A stretch of 42,539 nt of DNA. It comes from Rubrobacter sp. (lineage in GTDB: Bacteria > Actinomycetota > Rubrobacteria > Rubrobacterales > Rubrobacteraceae). Of the stretch, positions 9,264-19,608 are shown in pieces (the stretch's first letter is position 1; each line of letters opens with the position of its first letter). Position numbers and translations under genes: made by a program. A model generated the notes under the pieces. That model was not told where the DNA came from and did not search any database. It worked only from the letters and a program-made list of their open reading frames with translations. The stretch is taken from positions 1 through 42,539 of the forward strand of contig DASSCV010000406.1 in assembly GCA_035697505.1 (NCBI GenBank), written 5' to 3'.

Positions 9264-10730
9264 CTATATGCCCTCCTTCCACAGCTCTCGGAATGATTTC
9301 TCTGCAAGCGGCGCAAGCTCCCGGAAGTCCGTCCAGCCACGCATTCCAGGCGCGCCCCTGATGGAGCCGTCCTTCACAAGCGGCTTCTGCGCCAGCCTGC
9401 CAACCTTCGCGCCGGCCTTGTATGCCGCCGGACTCTTCATCGTTCTCTCAAAGCCTTTGAACATCAGGCTCTCAGCGCGTCCAGCCAAGCCCTCTTCGAC
9501 CTGCCGGTTCCGCAGCTTCAGTAGGAGGTCGTGGAGCGGGATGCCGACCGGACACGTCTCTGTACACGCCCCGCACAGCGAGGAGGCGTATGGAAGGTCC
9601 TTCGCCTCTCTATCTCCCTTGAGCAGCGGCGTTATGACGGCTCCTATCGGACCCGAGTAGGTCGAGCCGTAGGCGTGTCCGCCGGTCTGCCTGTATACAG
9701 GGCAGACGTTTAGGCACGAGCCGCAGCGGATGCAGTAGAGAGCCTCTTCGTACTCCGTGCCTAGCAGCTTCGAGCGGCCGTTGTCCATGAGGATGAGATG
9801 AAATTCCTCGGCGCCGTCCAGCTCGCCTTCGCCGCGCGGGCCGGTGATGAAGTTGGTGTAGACCGTGATCTTCTGCCCAGTCCCACTCCTCGACAGGAGT
9901 TGCACAAACGTCGAGAGATCCTCGAACTTCGGGATCACCTTCTCTATCCCCATCACGACGACGTGTACGGGAGGAACGCTCGTCACCAGCCGCGCGTTGC
10001 CCTCGTTGGTAACGGTACAGATAGTGCCCGTCTCGGCGACCCCGAAGTTGGCGCCCGTAATGCCGATGTCCGCGTTCACGAATTTTTCCCTGAGACGCTT
10101 CCGGGCGAAGGCGGCCAGAGACTCAACGTCCGGCGGCAGGTCCTCGTCGGAGACACCGGAGAGGATCTCCGTAATCCGCTCCTTGTTCATGTGCAGGATC
10201 GGTCCGACGATGTGCGAGGGAGTCTCTCCGGCGAGCTGTGCGATCCACTCCCCCAGATCTGTCTCGACGATCTCCAGTTCGAGATCGTCGTAGTTTTCTT
10301 CGAGACGGCGGTTTAGCTCGATCTCCTCTGTCGCCATGCTCTTGGATTTGGTGAGGATCTTCGCCCCACGCCTCCGCGCCAGATCTCCGACGTAGCGGAC
10401 CACGTCCTCGCCATCGTCTGCGAAGAACACGTTGCCGCCCCGCTCCTCGATGGCATCGGCCATCTGCGAAAGGTAGTAGTCGAGGTTCGCCATTGTCTCC
10501 TGCTTGGTACGATACGCTCTTTCCCTCAACTCCGGCGCGTCGGGATGGGCTCTTAACTGGGCGTTGCGTCCGGTGAGGGTCTTGTTGGTGAACAAGGAGA
10601 TCGAGTCGTGCAGCTTCCGATCCCTGACCGCCTTCCGCCCACGCTCGTTGAAGCCTTCGACCTTGCTCTCCAGTCCTTCCCGCCTGTGGTCTTCGGTATC
10701 GCGCCGGCGCGCAGGCTTGCTGGTCTCCAC
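9264..10730 (-). CDS. lutB: Lactate utilization Fe-S protein B
   Basis: KSKSMATEEI, ETDLGE, NEGNAR, CIRCGSCLNVCP and SSLCGACTETCP clusters; likely GTG start at 10730. Confidence 0.92.
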   Translation of the reverse strand: METSKPARRRDTEDHRREGLESKVEGFNERGRKAVRDRKLHDSISLFTNKTLTGRNAQLRAHPDAPELRERAYRTKQETMANLDYYLSQMADAIEERGGNVFFADDGEDVVRYVGDLARRRGAKILTKSKSMATEEIELNRRLEENYDDLELEIVETDLGEWIAQLAGETPSHIVGPILHMNKERITEILSGVSDEDLPPDVESLAAFARKRLREKFVNADIGITGANFGVAETGTICTVTNEGNARLVTSVPPVHVVVMGIEKVIPKFEDLSTFVQLLSRSGTGQKITVYTNFITGPRGEGELDGAEEFHLILMDNGRSKLLGTEYEEALYCIRCGSCLNVCPVYRQTGGHAYGSTYSGPIGAVITPLLKGDREAKDLPYASSLCGACTETCPVGIPLHDLLLKLRNRQVEEGLAGRAESLMFKGFERTMKSPAAYKAGAKVGRLAQKPLVKDGSIRGAPGMRGWTDFRELAPLAEKSFRELWKEGI

Positions 10731-10735
10731 GTGCC

Positions 10736-11467
10736 CTACCTCCCGTCGGAGTCGAGTATCTGGGCCAGATGCAAGACACGTGTGTCGTGCCCCGTCCGGC
10801 GCAGCCTGCCTCCGAGATGCATCAGACAACTCGAGTCACAGGATATAACCGTGTCAGCCCCACTCTTCTCCAGTGCCGCTATCTTCTCATCCGCCATCGC
10901 GGTCGAAACGTCCGGCATCTTCACCGAGAACATTCCCCCGAACCCGCAACAGAGCTCCTCGTTCTCCCAATCCAGGAGGTCGAGTCCCTCGACGTTCGAC
11001 AGCAGTTCGCGCGGCTCCTCCAGGACGCCGAGCTCGCGACGCTGGTGGCAACCGCAGTGGAAGACGGCCTTTCCCTCGCGGTGAACTCCGAAGTCCCTCA
11101 CACCCATCACGTTGACCACGAAGTCCGAGAACTCCCTCACACGTCCTGCGAGAACCTCGGAACGCTCGCGCTCTTCCGGTAGATCCTCGAAGATGAAGGG
11201 ATAGTAATGGGAGACCATGGTGGTGCACGATCCGGAAGGACACACTATGTAATCGAAGCGCTCCCCCTCGAAGACATCGAGAAAGCGGCGGCCTATCTCA
11301 CGTGCCTCGTCGAAGAAGCCGGAGTTGAAGGCAGGCTGTCCGCAGCAGGTCTGGCCTTGGGGGTAGATCACCTCTACCCCAAGCCTCCGCAGTACGCGCA
11401 CCACGCTAACGCCGACCTCGGGATTGATCTGGTCCACGTAGCACGGTATGAAAAGGGCTGCTCTCAA
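10736..11467 (-). CDS. lutA: Lactate utilization protein A (CCG-domain Fe-S protein)
   Basis: QTCCGQPAFNSG, PSGSC, CCGFGGMFSVK, DSSCLMHL. Confidence 0.92.
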   Translation of the reverse strand: MRAALFIPCYVDQINPEVGVSVVRVLRRLGVEVIYPQGQTCCGQPAFNSGFFDEAREIGRRFLDVFEGERFDYIVCPSGSCTTMVSHYYPFIFEDLPEERERSEVLAGRVREFSDFVVNVMGVRDFGVHREGKAVFHCGCHQRRELGVLEEPRELLSNVEGLDLLDWENEELCCGFGGMFSVKMPDVSTAMADEKIAALEKSGADTVISCDSSCLMHLGGRLRRTGHDTRVLHLAQILDSDGR

Positions 11468-11656
11468 CGGACTCCTCTCCCCGACGACTTAGAAGCCCAG
11501 TATAGCAACCGGAAGATCCAGAGAAGCAGCACGCCTCCTGTCCCTCGAATCTCCCAGACTTGAGTTCCACCACTGCCAAGATTTGCGCTCCGTTCAGTCA
11601 GGTTTGGGACGGCGGGCTGCTAGAATGTTCGCTGGTACCGAAAAGGGCAGGGAGAA

Positions 11657-12070
11657 ATGATGAGCGGTGGTCCCCGCGAGGGTGGATGTTTCTGCGGGAG
11701 GGTGAGATACAGGGTGGCCGGGGAGCCTCTTGGATCTGCGGTCTGCCACTGCGTATCATGCCGCAGGACGTCAGGCGCGCAGTCGGTCGCGTGGCTTACC
11801 TTTCCCTCTAGAAGGTTCTTCTTCGTCCACGGTGAGCCAGCCGACTACCGCTCTTCCGATGAAGTAAGCAGGACGTTCTGCCAGAGTTGCGGCACGTCGC
11901 TCACCTACAGGCACGACGGGGAGCCCGACTCGATCGACGTGACCGCTGCGAGCCTGGACCTCCCTGATGAGTATCCTCCCACACGCCATATTTGGCTGGA
12001 AGACAAACTCGCCTGGGAGGGTGTCGACGACGGTCTACCCCGGTTCGAGCAGGGTGGGCCGCCGGATTAG
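11657..12070 (+). CDS. GFA (CENP-V) family Zn protein
   Basis: GGCFCGRVRY, CHCVSCRR, FCQSCGT. Confidence 0.88.
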   Translation: MMSGGPREGGCFCGRVRYRVAGEPLGSAVCHCVSCRRTSGAQSVAWLTFPSRRFFFVHGEPADYRSSDEVSRTFCQSCGTSLTYRHDGEPDSIDVTAASLDLPDEYPPTRHIWLEDKLAWEGVDDGLPRFEQGGPPD

Positions 12071-12103
12071 CGTTGTAAAGGCGGTCTCTACGGAGGTGAG
12101 GCA

Positions 12104-13390
12104 GTGCAGACAGAGAACCCCGTCTACGAAGAGATACAGGAGATCCTACGCGCGATCGAACTCCCCAGCGTCGCGCTCGTCGGGCAGCGGATAGATTCTC
12201 CGCCGGCGCTCACGAACATCAGGGAGGGAGTCCGCGAGGCGCTGAACTCCGTGGAGCTACCTTCTGGATCTGTGGCCATTGGCGTAGGGAGCAGGGGGGT
12301 AGCCAGGATAGGGGAGGTAGTCGCGGCACTGGTCGAGGCGCTGAAGGAGTCAGGCGCCGAGCCCTTCATAGTCCCCGCGATGGGGAGCCACGGCGCCTCG
12401 ACCGCGGAGGGCCAGGCAGAGGTTCTGGGCCATCTCGGCGTGAGCGAGGAGAAGGTCGGGTGTCCTGTGCGGGCGACGATGGAGAGCGTGAGGCTCGGGG
12501 AGACGCCCTCGGGCGTAGCAGTCTACATGGACCGTAACGCTTACGAGGCCGACTCGGTCGTCGTGGTCAACAGGGTCAAGCCCCACACGGCGTTCAGGGG
12601 AACCGTCGAGAGCGGGCCGACGAAGATGCTGGCCATCGGGTTGGGCAAGCAGCGGGGGGCGCACTCCATTCACTCCGCGGGCTGGGAGAACATCCACCAG
12701 ACTATCCCCGAAGCAGCCCGCGTCGCCGTCGAGAGCGGCAAGGTCGCCTTCGGCCTCGCCACCGTCGAGAACGCCGAAGAAGAGCCATGCAAGATAGTCG
12801 CGATCCCCGCCGGGGAGCTGGAGGAGGCGGAGGCGCCGCTCCTCGAGGAGGCGAAGCGCAACCTGGCGCGGCTGCCTTTCGATGAGATCGACGTTCTCGT
12901 GGTAGATGAGATCGGGAAGAACATCTCGGGCGACGGCGCCGACCCTAACGTCACGGGCCGCTACCCGACGACCGCTGCCTCGGGCGGCCCTTCGGTGGAG
13001 CGCATGGTCTACCTCGGCCTGACAGAGGAGACCGGCGGCAACGCAAACGGCCTCGGCATGGCAGACGTCGTCACCGAGCGCCTCGCCGGCTCGATGGACC
13101 GTCCCTCTACTTACATGAACGCCCTCACCTCGACCACGCCAGCCCCGGTCAAGACGCCCATGGTCATGCCAACGGATGAGATGGCGATCGCCGCAGCCCT
13201 CACCATGTGCGCAGGCGTCACCCCCCCCGAAGCCAGGCTCGTTCGCATAGAGAATACCCTCAAGCTAGGGAGGATCTGGGTATCGGAAGCGCTGATTGGC
13301 GAGATCGAGAACAAAGATCGGTTGGAGATCCTCGAAGACCCCCAACCGATGCGCTTCGACGAAGGCGAGATCATACCCAGGGGCGCATAG
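12104..13390 (+). CDS. Second lactate racemase (LarA/DUF2088)-domain protein
   Basis: GSRGV, PAMGSHGASTAEGQ, NRVKPHTAF, GKNISGDGADPNVTGR; paralog of 1811-3061. Confidence 0.8.
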   Translation: MQTENPVYEEIQEILRAIELPSVALVGQRIDSPPALTNIREGVREALNSVELPSGSVAIGVGSRGVARIGEVVAALVEALKESGAEPFIVPAMGSHGASTAEGQAEVLGHLGVSEEKVGCPVRATMESVRLGETPSGVAVYMDRNAYEADSVVVVNRVKPHTAFRGTVESGPTKMLAIGLGKQRGAHSIHSAGWENIHQTIPEAARVAVESGKVAFGLATVENAEEEPCKIVAIPAGELEEAEAPLLEEAKRNLARLPFDEIDVLVVDEIGKNISGDGADPNVTGRYPTTAASGGPSVERMVYLGLTEETGGNANGLGMADVVTERLAGSMDRPSTYMNALTSTTPAPVKTPMVMPTDEMAIAAALTMCAGVTPPEARLVRIENTLKLGRIWVSEALIGEIENKDRLEILEDPQPMRFDEGEIIPRGA

Positions 13391-13493
13391 CATTCCAGGT
13401 ATCAGGTCTTGGACGGTCTACGCGCAACTTACCAGCCATCGTAACCACTGACGTTGTCCCCTTTCCGGTAGTCGAGAGCCTCAGCTGCTCGGT

Positions 13494-14267
13494 TCAGCCC
13501 TGGAACCCCAGGCACCGGGAGATCTCGGTGGCGGCCCGTTTGGATAGATCGCCGATCTCGGGGAGAGCATCGGGGGGTAGACGGAAGGCCGGGCCCGACA
13601 CGCTCACCGCACCGACGACCGCACCGTCGGCGCGGCGAATCGGCGCCCCGACCGCGTTCAACCCCATCTCCAGTTCCTCGACGGTATGGCCGTATCCTTC
13701 ATCCCGAACCTTTCTCGTATGGTCTTTCAGGTTCGCCGGATCAAAGATAGTGTCCTCGGTAAAGCGCTCCAGCGGTCCTTCCAGAATGCGGAGTAGTTGA
13801 TCTTCTGGCATGTACGCCAGAAAGATCTTCCCCGCGGCCGTGGCGTGCAACGGCGTGTGACGTCCCGTCCAGTCGACGCCAAGGGCGGACGCCCGCGAGA
13901 TGCTCTGGTGAATGACAACAGCATCATCACCTTCCAGAACAGCGATGGTTACAGTCTCCCTTGTACGCTCGCTCAATCGCTCGCAGACTGGCCTGGCGCA
14001 GCGAAGGATGTCGAGGTCGGCCCTCACCGTCCTCGCTAGTAGCACCAGCCCGAAGCCCAGTCTGTACTTCTCGGTCGCCGCGTCCTGCTCGACCAGCCCC
14101 CGGTCTCTCAACGTCGTGAGCAGCCGGTACGCGGTGGACTTGTGGATCTCGAGCTCCCTGGAGACCTCGGTTACGCCCGACCACCCGCGGCGCGACAAGA
14201 ACTCCATAACGGAGACGGCCCGGTCGACCGACTGTACCGTGGGACTCCTACGTACTACGGCGCACAT
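13494..14267 (-). CDS. IclR family transcriptional regulator
   Basis: VQSVDRA, HKSTAYRLLTTL HTH, PLHATAAGK, SVSGPAFR. Confidence 0.92.
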   Translation of the reverse strand: MCAVVRRSPTVQSVDRAVSVMEFLSRRGWSGVTEVSRELEIHKSTAYRLLTTLRDRGLVEQDAATEKYRLGFGLVLLARTVRADLDILRCARPVCERLSERTRETVTIAVLEGDDAVVIHQSISRASALGVDWTGRHTPLHATAAGKIFLAYMPEDQLLRILEGPLERFTEDTIFDPANLKDHTRKVRDEGYGHTVEELEMGLNAVGAPIRRADGAVVGAVSVSGPAFRLPPDALPEIGDLSKRAATEISRCLGFQG

Positions 14268-14443
14268 AAGCGCAGATCCTACACTACCTTCTGTATCCCG
14301 GCTCGGTCCACCCGGCGCTTGGAGACCCCGCGCTCCACGCCCGCCTTGCGCCCTGCCTCCCTTACCACCCTTGTGTGTAAGATGGTTAGCAGAGACACCG
14401 AGAGCGCCGTGAAAGCGCGGTCTCGGGTTGGTGAGGAGGGTTC

Positions 14444-15319
14444 ATGGGCTCGCGGATGGACGCAAGGCTCTCGATCGCGGTGGTGGCTGCGGTCTTCTTC
14501 GCGGCCTCGGCTTTCCCTGGTATCTCTGCCGGCCTCGAGGGCTACTCACCGGGGCACCTCGCCCTGTTGCGTTTCCTGGTGGCTTCTTTCGGGCTCGCCA
14601 TTTACGCTGTGTTTTCGGGGATACGCCCGCCGGCGGCGAGGGACCTGCCGGCGGTGGCCCTGGCTGGCTTTCTGGCCTTCAGCGCTTACAACGTGTTATT
14701 GGGCCACGGGCAGACGAGCGTTCCAGCGGGGACGGCGAGCCTCTTGATCGCCTCGATCCCGGCCTTCACAGCCCTTTGGGCGGTAGCGTTCCTCGATGAA
14801 CGGCTCGGGGTGAGAGGGTGGGCGGGGATTATGGTGAGTTTTCTGGGAGTAGCCCTGATCTCCTTCGGCAAAGGAGAAGGATTCGGTGCTGATCCCGGCG
14901 CCCTCCTGGTGCTGCTCGCCGCCCTCTCTGCCAGCGGCTACTTCGCCATGCAAAAGCCGTACCTGGAGAGGTACGGGGCCCTCGAGTTCACCTCTTACGC
15001 CATCTGGGCAGGGACGCTCTTTTTGCTGCCGTTCTCGCCAGGACTCCTAGAACAGGCGAGGCAAGCAACGTTGGAGCCAACACTGGCCGCTGTATACCTG
15101 GCGATCTCCACTCCGCTCTCCTACGCCACCGCCGCCTATGCTTTCTCCAGATTACCGGCCTCGAGAGCAGTCACCTTGGAGTCTCTGATCCCACCGGCGG
15201 CGATCCTCATCGCCTATCTCTGGCTAGGGGAGGTTCCTTCCATCCTGTCCCTGGCCGGCGGGGCAGTGGCGATTCTAGGCGTGGTATTGGTCAACACGCG
15301 GGTCGAGAAAAAAGAGTAG
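14444..15319 (+). CDS. DMT/EamA family transporter
   Basis: About 10 TM segments, [21 protein letters not shown]. Confidence 0.87.
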   Translation: MGSRMDARLSIAVVAAVFFAASAFPGISAGLEGYSPGHLALLRFLVASFGLAIYAVFSGIRPPAARDLPAVALAGFLAFSAYNVLLGHGQTSVPAGTASLLIASIPAFTALWAVAFLDERLGVRGWAGIMVSFLGVALISFGKGEGFGADPGALLVLLAALSASGYFAMQKPYLERYGALEFTSYAIWAGTLFLLPFSPGLLEQARQATLEPTLAAVYLAISTPLSYATAAYAFSRLPASRAVTLESLIPPAAILIAYLWLGEVPSILSLAGGAVAILGVVLVNTRVEKKE

Positions 15320-15369
15320 GGACGGAAAACCGGGTGAGCGGGACGGACGGCACCTGATCCACTCCCTTC

Positions 15370-15969
15370 CTACTGGAGGTCGGCGACGAGAAGTGCGGCG
15401 ATCTGCCTGGCCTTTTGTGCAGCGTCTTCGGCCATCCCCAACGAGAAGGCGACGGTGGCTCCCTCGTGGAGGATCACAAGCCTCTCTGCCAGGTCCTCCG
15501 GATTCTCGGCGCCACCCTCGGCAGCAAGCTCAGCCAGGTATCCTCGCATCCATGCCTTCTGCTCCATCACCACCACCCGAGCGGGATGGTCGGCGTGTGG
15601 TAGCTCCGCCGCGGCGTTCACGAAACCGCAACCCCTGGGGTTCTCGCGTTCCATCCACTCCGCAAGGGCATCGAAAGTAGAGAGCAGTCGCTCCCTCGCT
15701 GTGCCTCCCCGACGCTCCACGACGCCCAGCAACCACGACCGCCACCGCTCGTCCCGCGCGCGCACATAGGCGGCTACGAGCCTGTCCTTGGAGCCGTACT
15801 TCTCGTAGAGGGTTTTCTTGGTGACGTCAGCCTCCGCAGCTATGGCATCAACCCCCACAGCCCTTATGCCTTCCCGGTAGAACATCTCAGAGGCGGCCCG
15901 CAGTATGCGATCCGCCGCCGGTGTTCTCGAACGTCCCACTTTACTCGTGCGTCCCATGTACACGTCCAC
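15370..15969 (-). CDS. TetR/AcrR family regulator (start may be ATG 15957)
   Basis: FYREGIRAVGVDAIAAEADVTKKTLY HTH; RGCGFVNAAAE. Confidence 0.92.
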   Translation of the reverse strand: MDVYMGRTSKVGRSRTPAADRILRAASEMFYREGIRAVGVDAIAAEADVTKKTLYEKYGSKDRLVAAYVRARDERWRSWLLGVVERRGGTARERLLSTFDALAEWMERENPRGCGFVNAAAELPHADHPARVVVMEQKAWMRGYLAELAAEGGAENPEDLAERLVILHEGATVAFSLGMAEDAAQKARQIAALLVADLQ

Positions 15970-15998
15970 CTTCGTCTTCTGGAAATCCTCTCATAAAG

Positions 15999-16061
15999 TA
16001 TACCAACGGGTATGTTTACAGGCCAGGTCCAACCTGTTACTATACATACCGGTATGTTTAC
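15999..16061 (+). promoter_or_regulatory. Two probable TetR operators flanking a sigma70 promoter
   Basis: TATACCAACGGGTATGTTTAC (15999-16019) and TATACATACCGGTATGTTTAC (16041-16061, contains the palindrome ACATACCGGTATGT); TTTACA-N17-TACTAT at 16015-16043. Confidence 0.7.
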
Positions 16062-16103
16062 TAATGGAAAGGGACAACTACGCGAATGTAGCGCGGTAAC
16101 TTC

Positions 16104-16985
16104 ATGAGTGCTGGGATCGGCAAGCGCCGCCATCTTACCGAGGCCGGCTTCGTGGTGATGTGGAGTTCGGGCTTCATAGGCGCGAGTCTTGGCACGCCTG
16201 AGGCCGGTACGCCGACGCTCATGGTCTGGAGGTTCCTGCTCGCTGCGGGGCTGCTTCTGGTAGGCATCCTCCTGCTCCGACGGCGATGGCCTGGACTGAG
16301 GGAGATAGCCGTGCAGGGTGTTGTGGGGTTACTCGCCCAGGGCGTATACCTGACGGGTGTGGTCGGGGCTGTGGAGTTTGGCGTCACCGCGGGCACCACG
16401 GCTCTCATCGCGGCCCTCCAACCCCTCCTGGCCGCTGCGCTCGCTGGTCCCGTGTTGGGCGAGCGCGTAGACAGGCGGCAGTGGGCAGGACTGGCTGTTG
16501 GCCTCGTCGGGGTCGCGCTGGTGGTTGGCGGCGATGTACGGGTTGCCGAGGCGCCGCTGTGGGCCTACGCCATGCCTTTTGCCGGGATGGCTGGCCTGGT
16601 GGCGGCCACGCTGGTGGAGCGAAGGGAGTATCTTCGCGGGAGCGGCCTCGAGACGCCGATGGACGTGGTGCTTGGGATCCAATGCACCGCAAGCGCCCTG
16701 TTGTTCGCCGCGCTGGCACCGTTCTGGGGTGGGCTGCAGCCGGCGGGCGGGTTGCTCTTCTGGGGTGCTGTCGCCTGGTTCGTCGTGTTCTCCACGTTCG
16801 GGGGTTACGGCTTCTATTGGCTGAACCTGAAGTTGAGCAGCGTAGCCAGGGTGAGCAGCCTCATCTACCTCACACCCCCGACCACCATGGTCTGGGCCTA
16901 CCTTATGTTCGGAGAGCGTGTTGGTCTGCTCGCTGTTGTCGGGCTCGTGATCTGCTCCGGCGGCGTCCTGTTGGCGAGAGGCTAG
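16104..16985 (+). CDS. DMT/EamA family transporter
   Basis: VVMWSSGFIG, WRFLLA, ALQPLL, LIYLTPPTT; divergent from TetR. Confidence 0.88.
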   Translation: MSAGIGKRRHLTEAGFVVMWSSGFIGASLGTPEAGTPTLMVWRFLLAAGLLLVGILLLRRRWPGLREIAVQGVVGLLAQGVYLTGVVGAVEFGVTAGTTALIAALQPLLAAALAGPVLGERVDRRQWAGLAVGLVGVALVVGGDVRVAEAPLWAYAMPFAGMAGLVAATLVERREYLRGSGLETPMDVVLGIQCTASALLFAALAPFWGGLQPAGGLLFWGAVAWFVVFSTFGGYGFYWLNLKLSSVARVSSLIYLTPPTTMVWAYLMFGERVGLLAVVGLVICSGGVLLARG

Positions 16986-16992
16986 CCCGCGG

Positions 16993-18249
16993 CTACCAGA
17001 ACGTTCTTATGTCTCCCATCCTGATGAAGGAGCGAGGACGACCGTCGGACTGCTCCGCCGGCTGTCCGGTGCTGGTCTGCTGGCTCGACTGATATCCGGT
17101 GGCCTGTGGCCTTAGCCGGTCGAGGCGGAAGAGGGAGATATCGTGACGGGTAAACCCTTTCTCGGCGAGGTCGGCCATGATCTCGCCTACGACGCTGGCG
17201 AACTTGAAGCCGTGCCCTGAGCAGGGCGAGGCGATAGAGACCTGCGGGTAGTCAGGGTGCAGGTCCATGACGAAGTGGTGGTCGGGGGTGTTGGTGAACA
17301 TGCAGGTCTGCAAGTCCATCGTGGGGCCGCAGCCGTCGGGGAAGTATCTTTCGGCGAAGCTCCGGAGGAGCCGCTCGTCGTAGTCGTGGGGCTGGCGGTC
17401 GATCTCGTCAGCACCGCCGGTCTCGCCCAGGTGGAAGTACTTGCCGAACTTGAACCCGGGTACGCCGAAGACAGGGAAGCCATAGAAGCGGCCCTCGTCC
17501 ACTAGCAGGTTGAAGACAGGGAAGCTGTCTGGCCGGAAGAGATCCGGCCTGGCCGGCTGCAGCCAGGCGAGGACCTGCCTCTCTGGCACGGCGAGTCCAT
17601 CGAGGACATCGAGGAGATCCCCGTTCCAGGCGCCGGCGGTCATCACGAGTCTGTCGGCCTCGTACGTGCCGCGGTCGGTACGGACGCGCACCCCTCCCTC
17701 CAGCGGGACCCACTCGAGGACCCGCTCGTGGCCGTGGATATCGGCGCCCAGAGACTGTGCCGCCATCACGTAGGAGACGATGCACCGCTCCGGCGTGAGG
17801 AAACCTCCCTCAGGCTGGATGAGCGCGAGGTGCTCAGGGGGAAGATGATAGCCGGGGTATCGCCGCCCGAGCTCCGCGCCTGTCAGTACCTCGTGCGGGA
17901 GGTCGTGGAGCTTGCAGGACTCCCACGAGCCCTTGAAGACCCAGGATTCCCCCGGTCCGGCATCTATGGAGCCCGTGATGTGCAGGAGCTTCTCGCCGGC
18001 CTTGCCCTGGATCTCACGCCACAGCTCGTATGCTCGCCTGAGGAGAAGCACGTAGGAGGGGTCCTCGTAGTAGGCCAGGCGGATGATGCGCGTGTGCCCG
18101 TGCGAGGAACCCATCGCGTGCGGGATGCCGAACCGCTCCAGGCCAAGCACCCGCCTGCCCCTCTTGGCGAGGTAGTAGGCGGTGGCGCTGCCCATCCCCC
18201 CCACGCCGACGATGATAGCGTCGTAGCGACCGGAGTACCGAACGTTCAC
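16993..18249 (-). CDS. solA: N-methyl amino acid oxidase (monomeric sarcosine oxidase / N-methyltryptophan oxidase family)
   Basis: GVGGMGSA, GSSHGHTRIIRLAYYE, TCMFTNTPD (flavinylation Cys), CSGHGFKF. Confidence 0.88.
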   Translation of the reverse strand: MNVRYSGRYDAIIVGVGGMGSATAYYLAKRGRRVLGLERFGIPHAMGSSHGHTRIIRLAYYEDPSYVLLLRRAYELWREIQGKAGEKLLHITGSIDAGPGESWVFKGSWESCKLHDLPHEVLTGAELGRRYPGYHLPPEHLALIQPEGGFLTPERCIVSYVMAAQSLGADIHGHERVLEWVPLEGGVRVRTDRGTYEADRLVMTAGAWNGDLLDVLDGLAVPERQVLAWLQPARPDLFRPDSFPVFNLLVDEGRFYGFPVFGVPGFKFGKYFHLGETGGADEIDRQPHDYDERLLRSFAERYFPDGCGPTMDLQTCMFTNTPDHHFVMDLHPDYPQVSIASPCSGHGFKFASVVGEIMADLAEKGFTRHDISLFRLDRLRPQATGYQSSQQTSTGQPAEQSDGRPRSFIRMGDIRTFW

Positions 18250-19550
18250 TATCTGGTGTTCCCGTTCGGAGACTGTCTCACAGTCGTCCTGGGTCTGGCG
18301 TTCGTCAGCCGCGCCGGCTCGGGGACCAGTTCGGAGAGCTTGTCGTCTTCATGAGGTCTGGCCCTGACGCGGGCGTTCTCCGGGTCGAAGAAGGGCGTCT
18401 GGGCGACCCTGGCGGGGACGGGACGGCCGCCAAGCTCGACGATCAGATTGTTGCCAGGCCAGGAGTGGGCCGTGTCCACGTAGGCCATGGCAAGCATCCT
18501 ACCGACGGTGTGCCCCATGGCGCTCGAGGTTACGCGCCCGACCTGCCGTTCGCCAGGCATGAACTCGTCCTCGTGCTCGCCCGCCTCGGCACCGGTCTCC
18601 ACGACTTCCCTGAAGGTGGCAACATCAGCGATGCCGTAGACCCCGGCGCCCGCGGCGGCGGGGGCCTCGCTCTCCAGTGTCAGGCCGACCCAGCGTCTCT
18701 GTAGGCCACGTTCCTGGACCCGCAGCAGGGCCTCTCGGCCGACGAAGTCGCGCTTCTCGAATCGGACCCACCGACCGAGACCCACGTGGAAGGGGGTGTA
18801 TTCCTCGCTTATGTCTGGGCCGTAGAGAGGAAGGCCCTTCTCGATGCGCAGGGACTGCATGGCCTCGAGGCCGTAGGGCTTCAGGTTGAACCCGCGGCCC
18901 GCCTGCAGGATATGCTCCCACAGCGCTGGGGCCTGATCCGCGGGTGTGTATAGCTCGTAGCCAAGCTCTCCGGTGTAGCCTGAGCGTGAGATGAGCACCT
19001 CCACGTCCCCGATCCGGCCCGGCGCGAACCGGAAGAACCTTAGCTCGTCGAGGTCCACGTCTTCGACCACCGTCTTGAGGAAAGCACGCGAACGCGGTCC
19101 CTGGACCACGGGCAGGGCGACGGCCGCCGTCATGTCGGTCACGTAGGCGCTGGAGCCAACGGCGTGCTCGGAGATCCAACGGAAAGCCTTTTCACGCGGC
19201 CCGGAACTGGTGACGATCATGAAGTGCTCGTCGTCGAATTTGTAGACCGTGACATCGTCTACGATGCCGCCCTCCTCGTTGCACATCGTCGAGTACCTTA
19301 GCTGCCCGGGTTCCATGTCCTGAACCTCGTTCACCAGCAGTCGCCTTACCAGCCGCTCGGCGCCAGGTCCCTTTATGTCAACCTCGCCCATCGTCGAGAG
19401 ATCCTGCATCCCGACGTTCTTGCGCACGTTCAGGTGCTCTTCTAGAGGCGAGGCGTAGGAGGTTGGGAACATGAAGTCCCCGCCTCCCTTGACCAGGTTC
19501 CTGGCCGAACGGCGGTGGAATTCGTAGAATGGCGTTCTTCTCTCCGGCAT
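18249..19550 (-). CDS. Aminomethyltransferase (GcvT-like) family protein
   Basis: RRTPFYEFH, DLSTMG, GGIVDD, SRSGYTGELGYE, SLRIEKG. Confidence 0.87.
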   Translation of the reverse strand: MPERRTPFYEFHRRSARNLVKGGGDFMFPTSYASPLEEHLNVRKNVGMQDLSTMGEVDIKGPGAERLVRRLLVNEVQDMEPGQLRYSTMCNEEGGIVDDVTVYKFDDEHFMIVTSSGPREKAFRWISEHAVGSSAYVTDMTAAVALPVVQGPRSRAFLKTVVEDVDLDELRFFRFAPGRIGDVEVLISRSGYTGELGYELYTPADQAPALWEHILQAGRGFNLKPYGLEAMQSLRIEKGLPLYGPDISEEYTPFHVGLGRWVRFEKRDFVGREALLRVQERGLQRRWVGLTLESEAPAAAGAGVYGIADVATFREVVETGAEAGEHEDEFMPGERQVGRVTSSAMGHTVGRMLAMAYVDTAHSWPGNNLIVELGGRPVPARVAQTPFFDPENARVRARPHEDDKLSELVPEPARLTNARPRTTVRQSPNGNTR

Positions 19551-19608
19551 GAGCTACCCCTCTTTCAGGAAGATTGTTTGTAAACTATACTGCAAGCACT
19601 GGCCCCGG

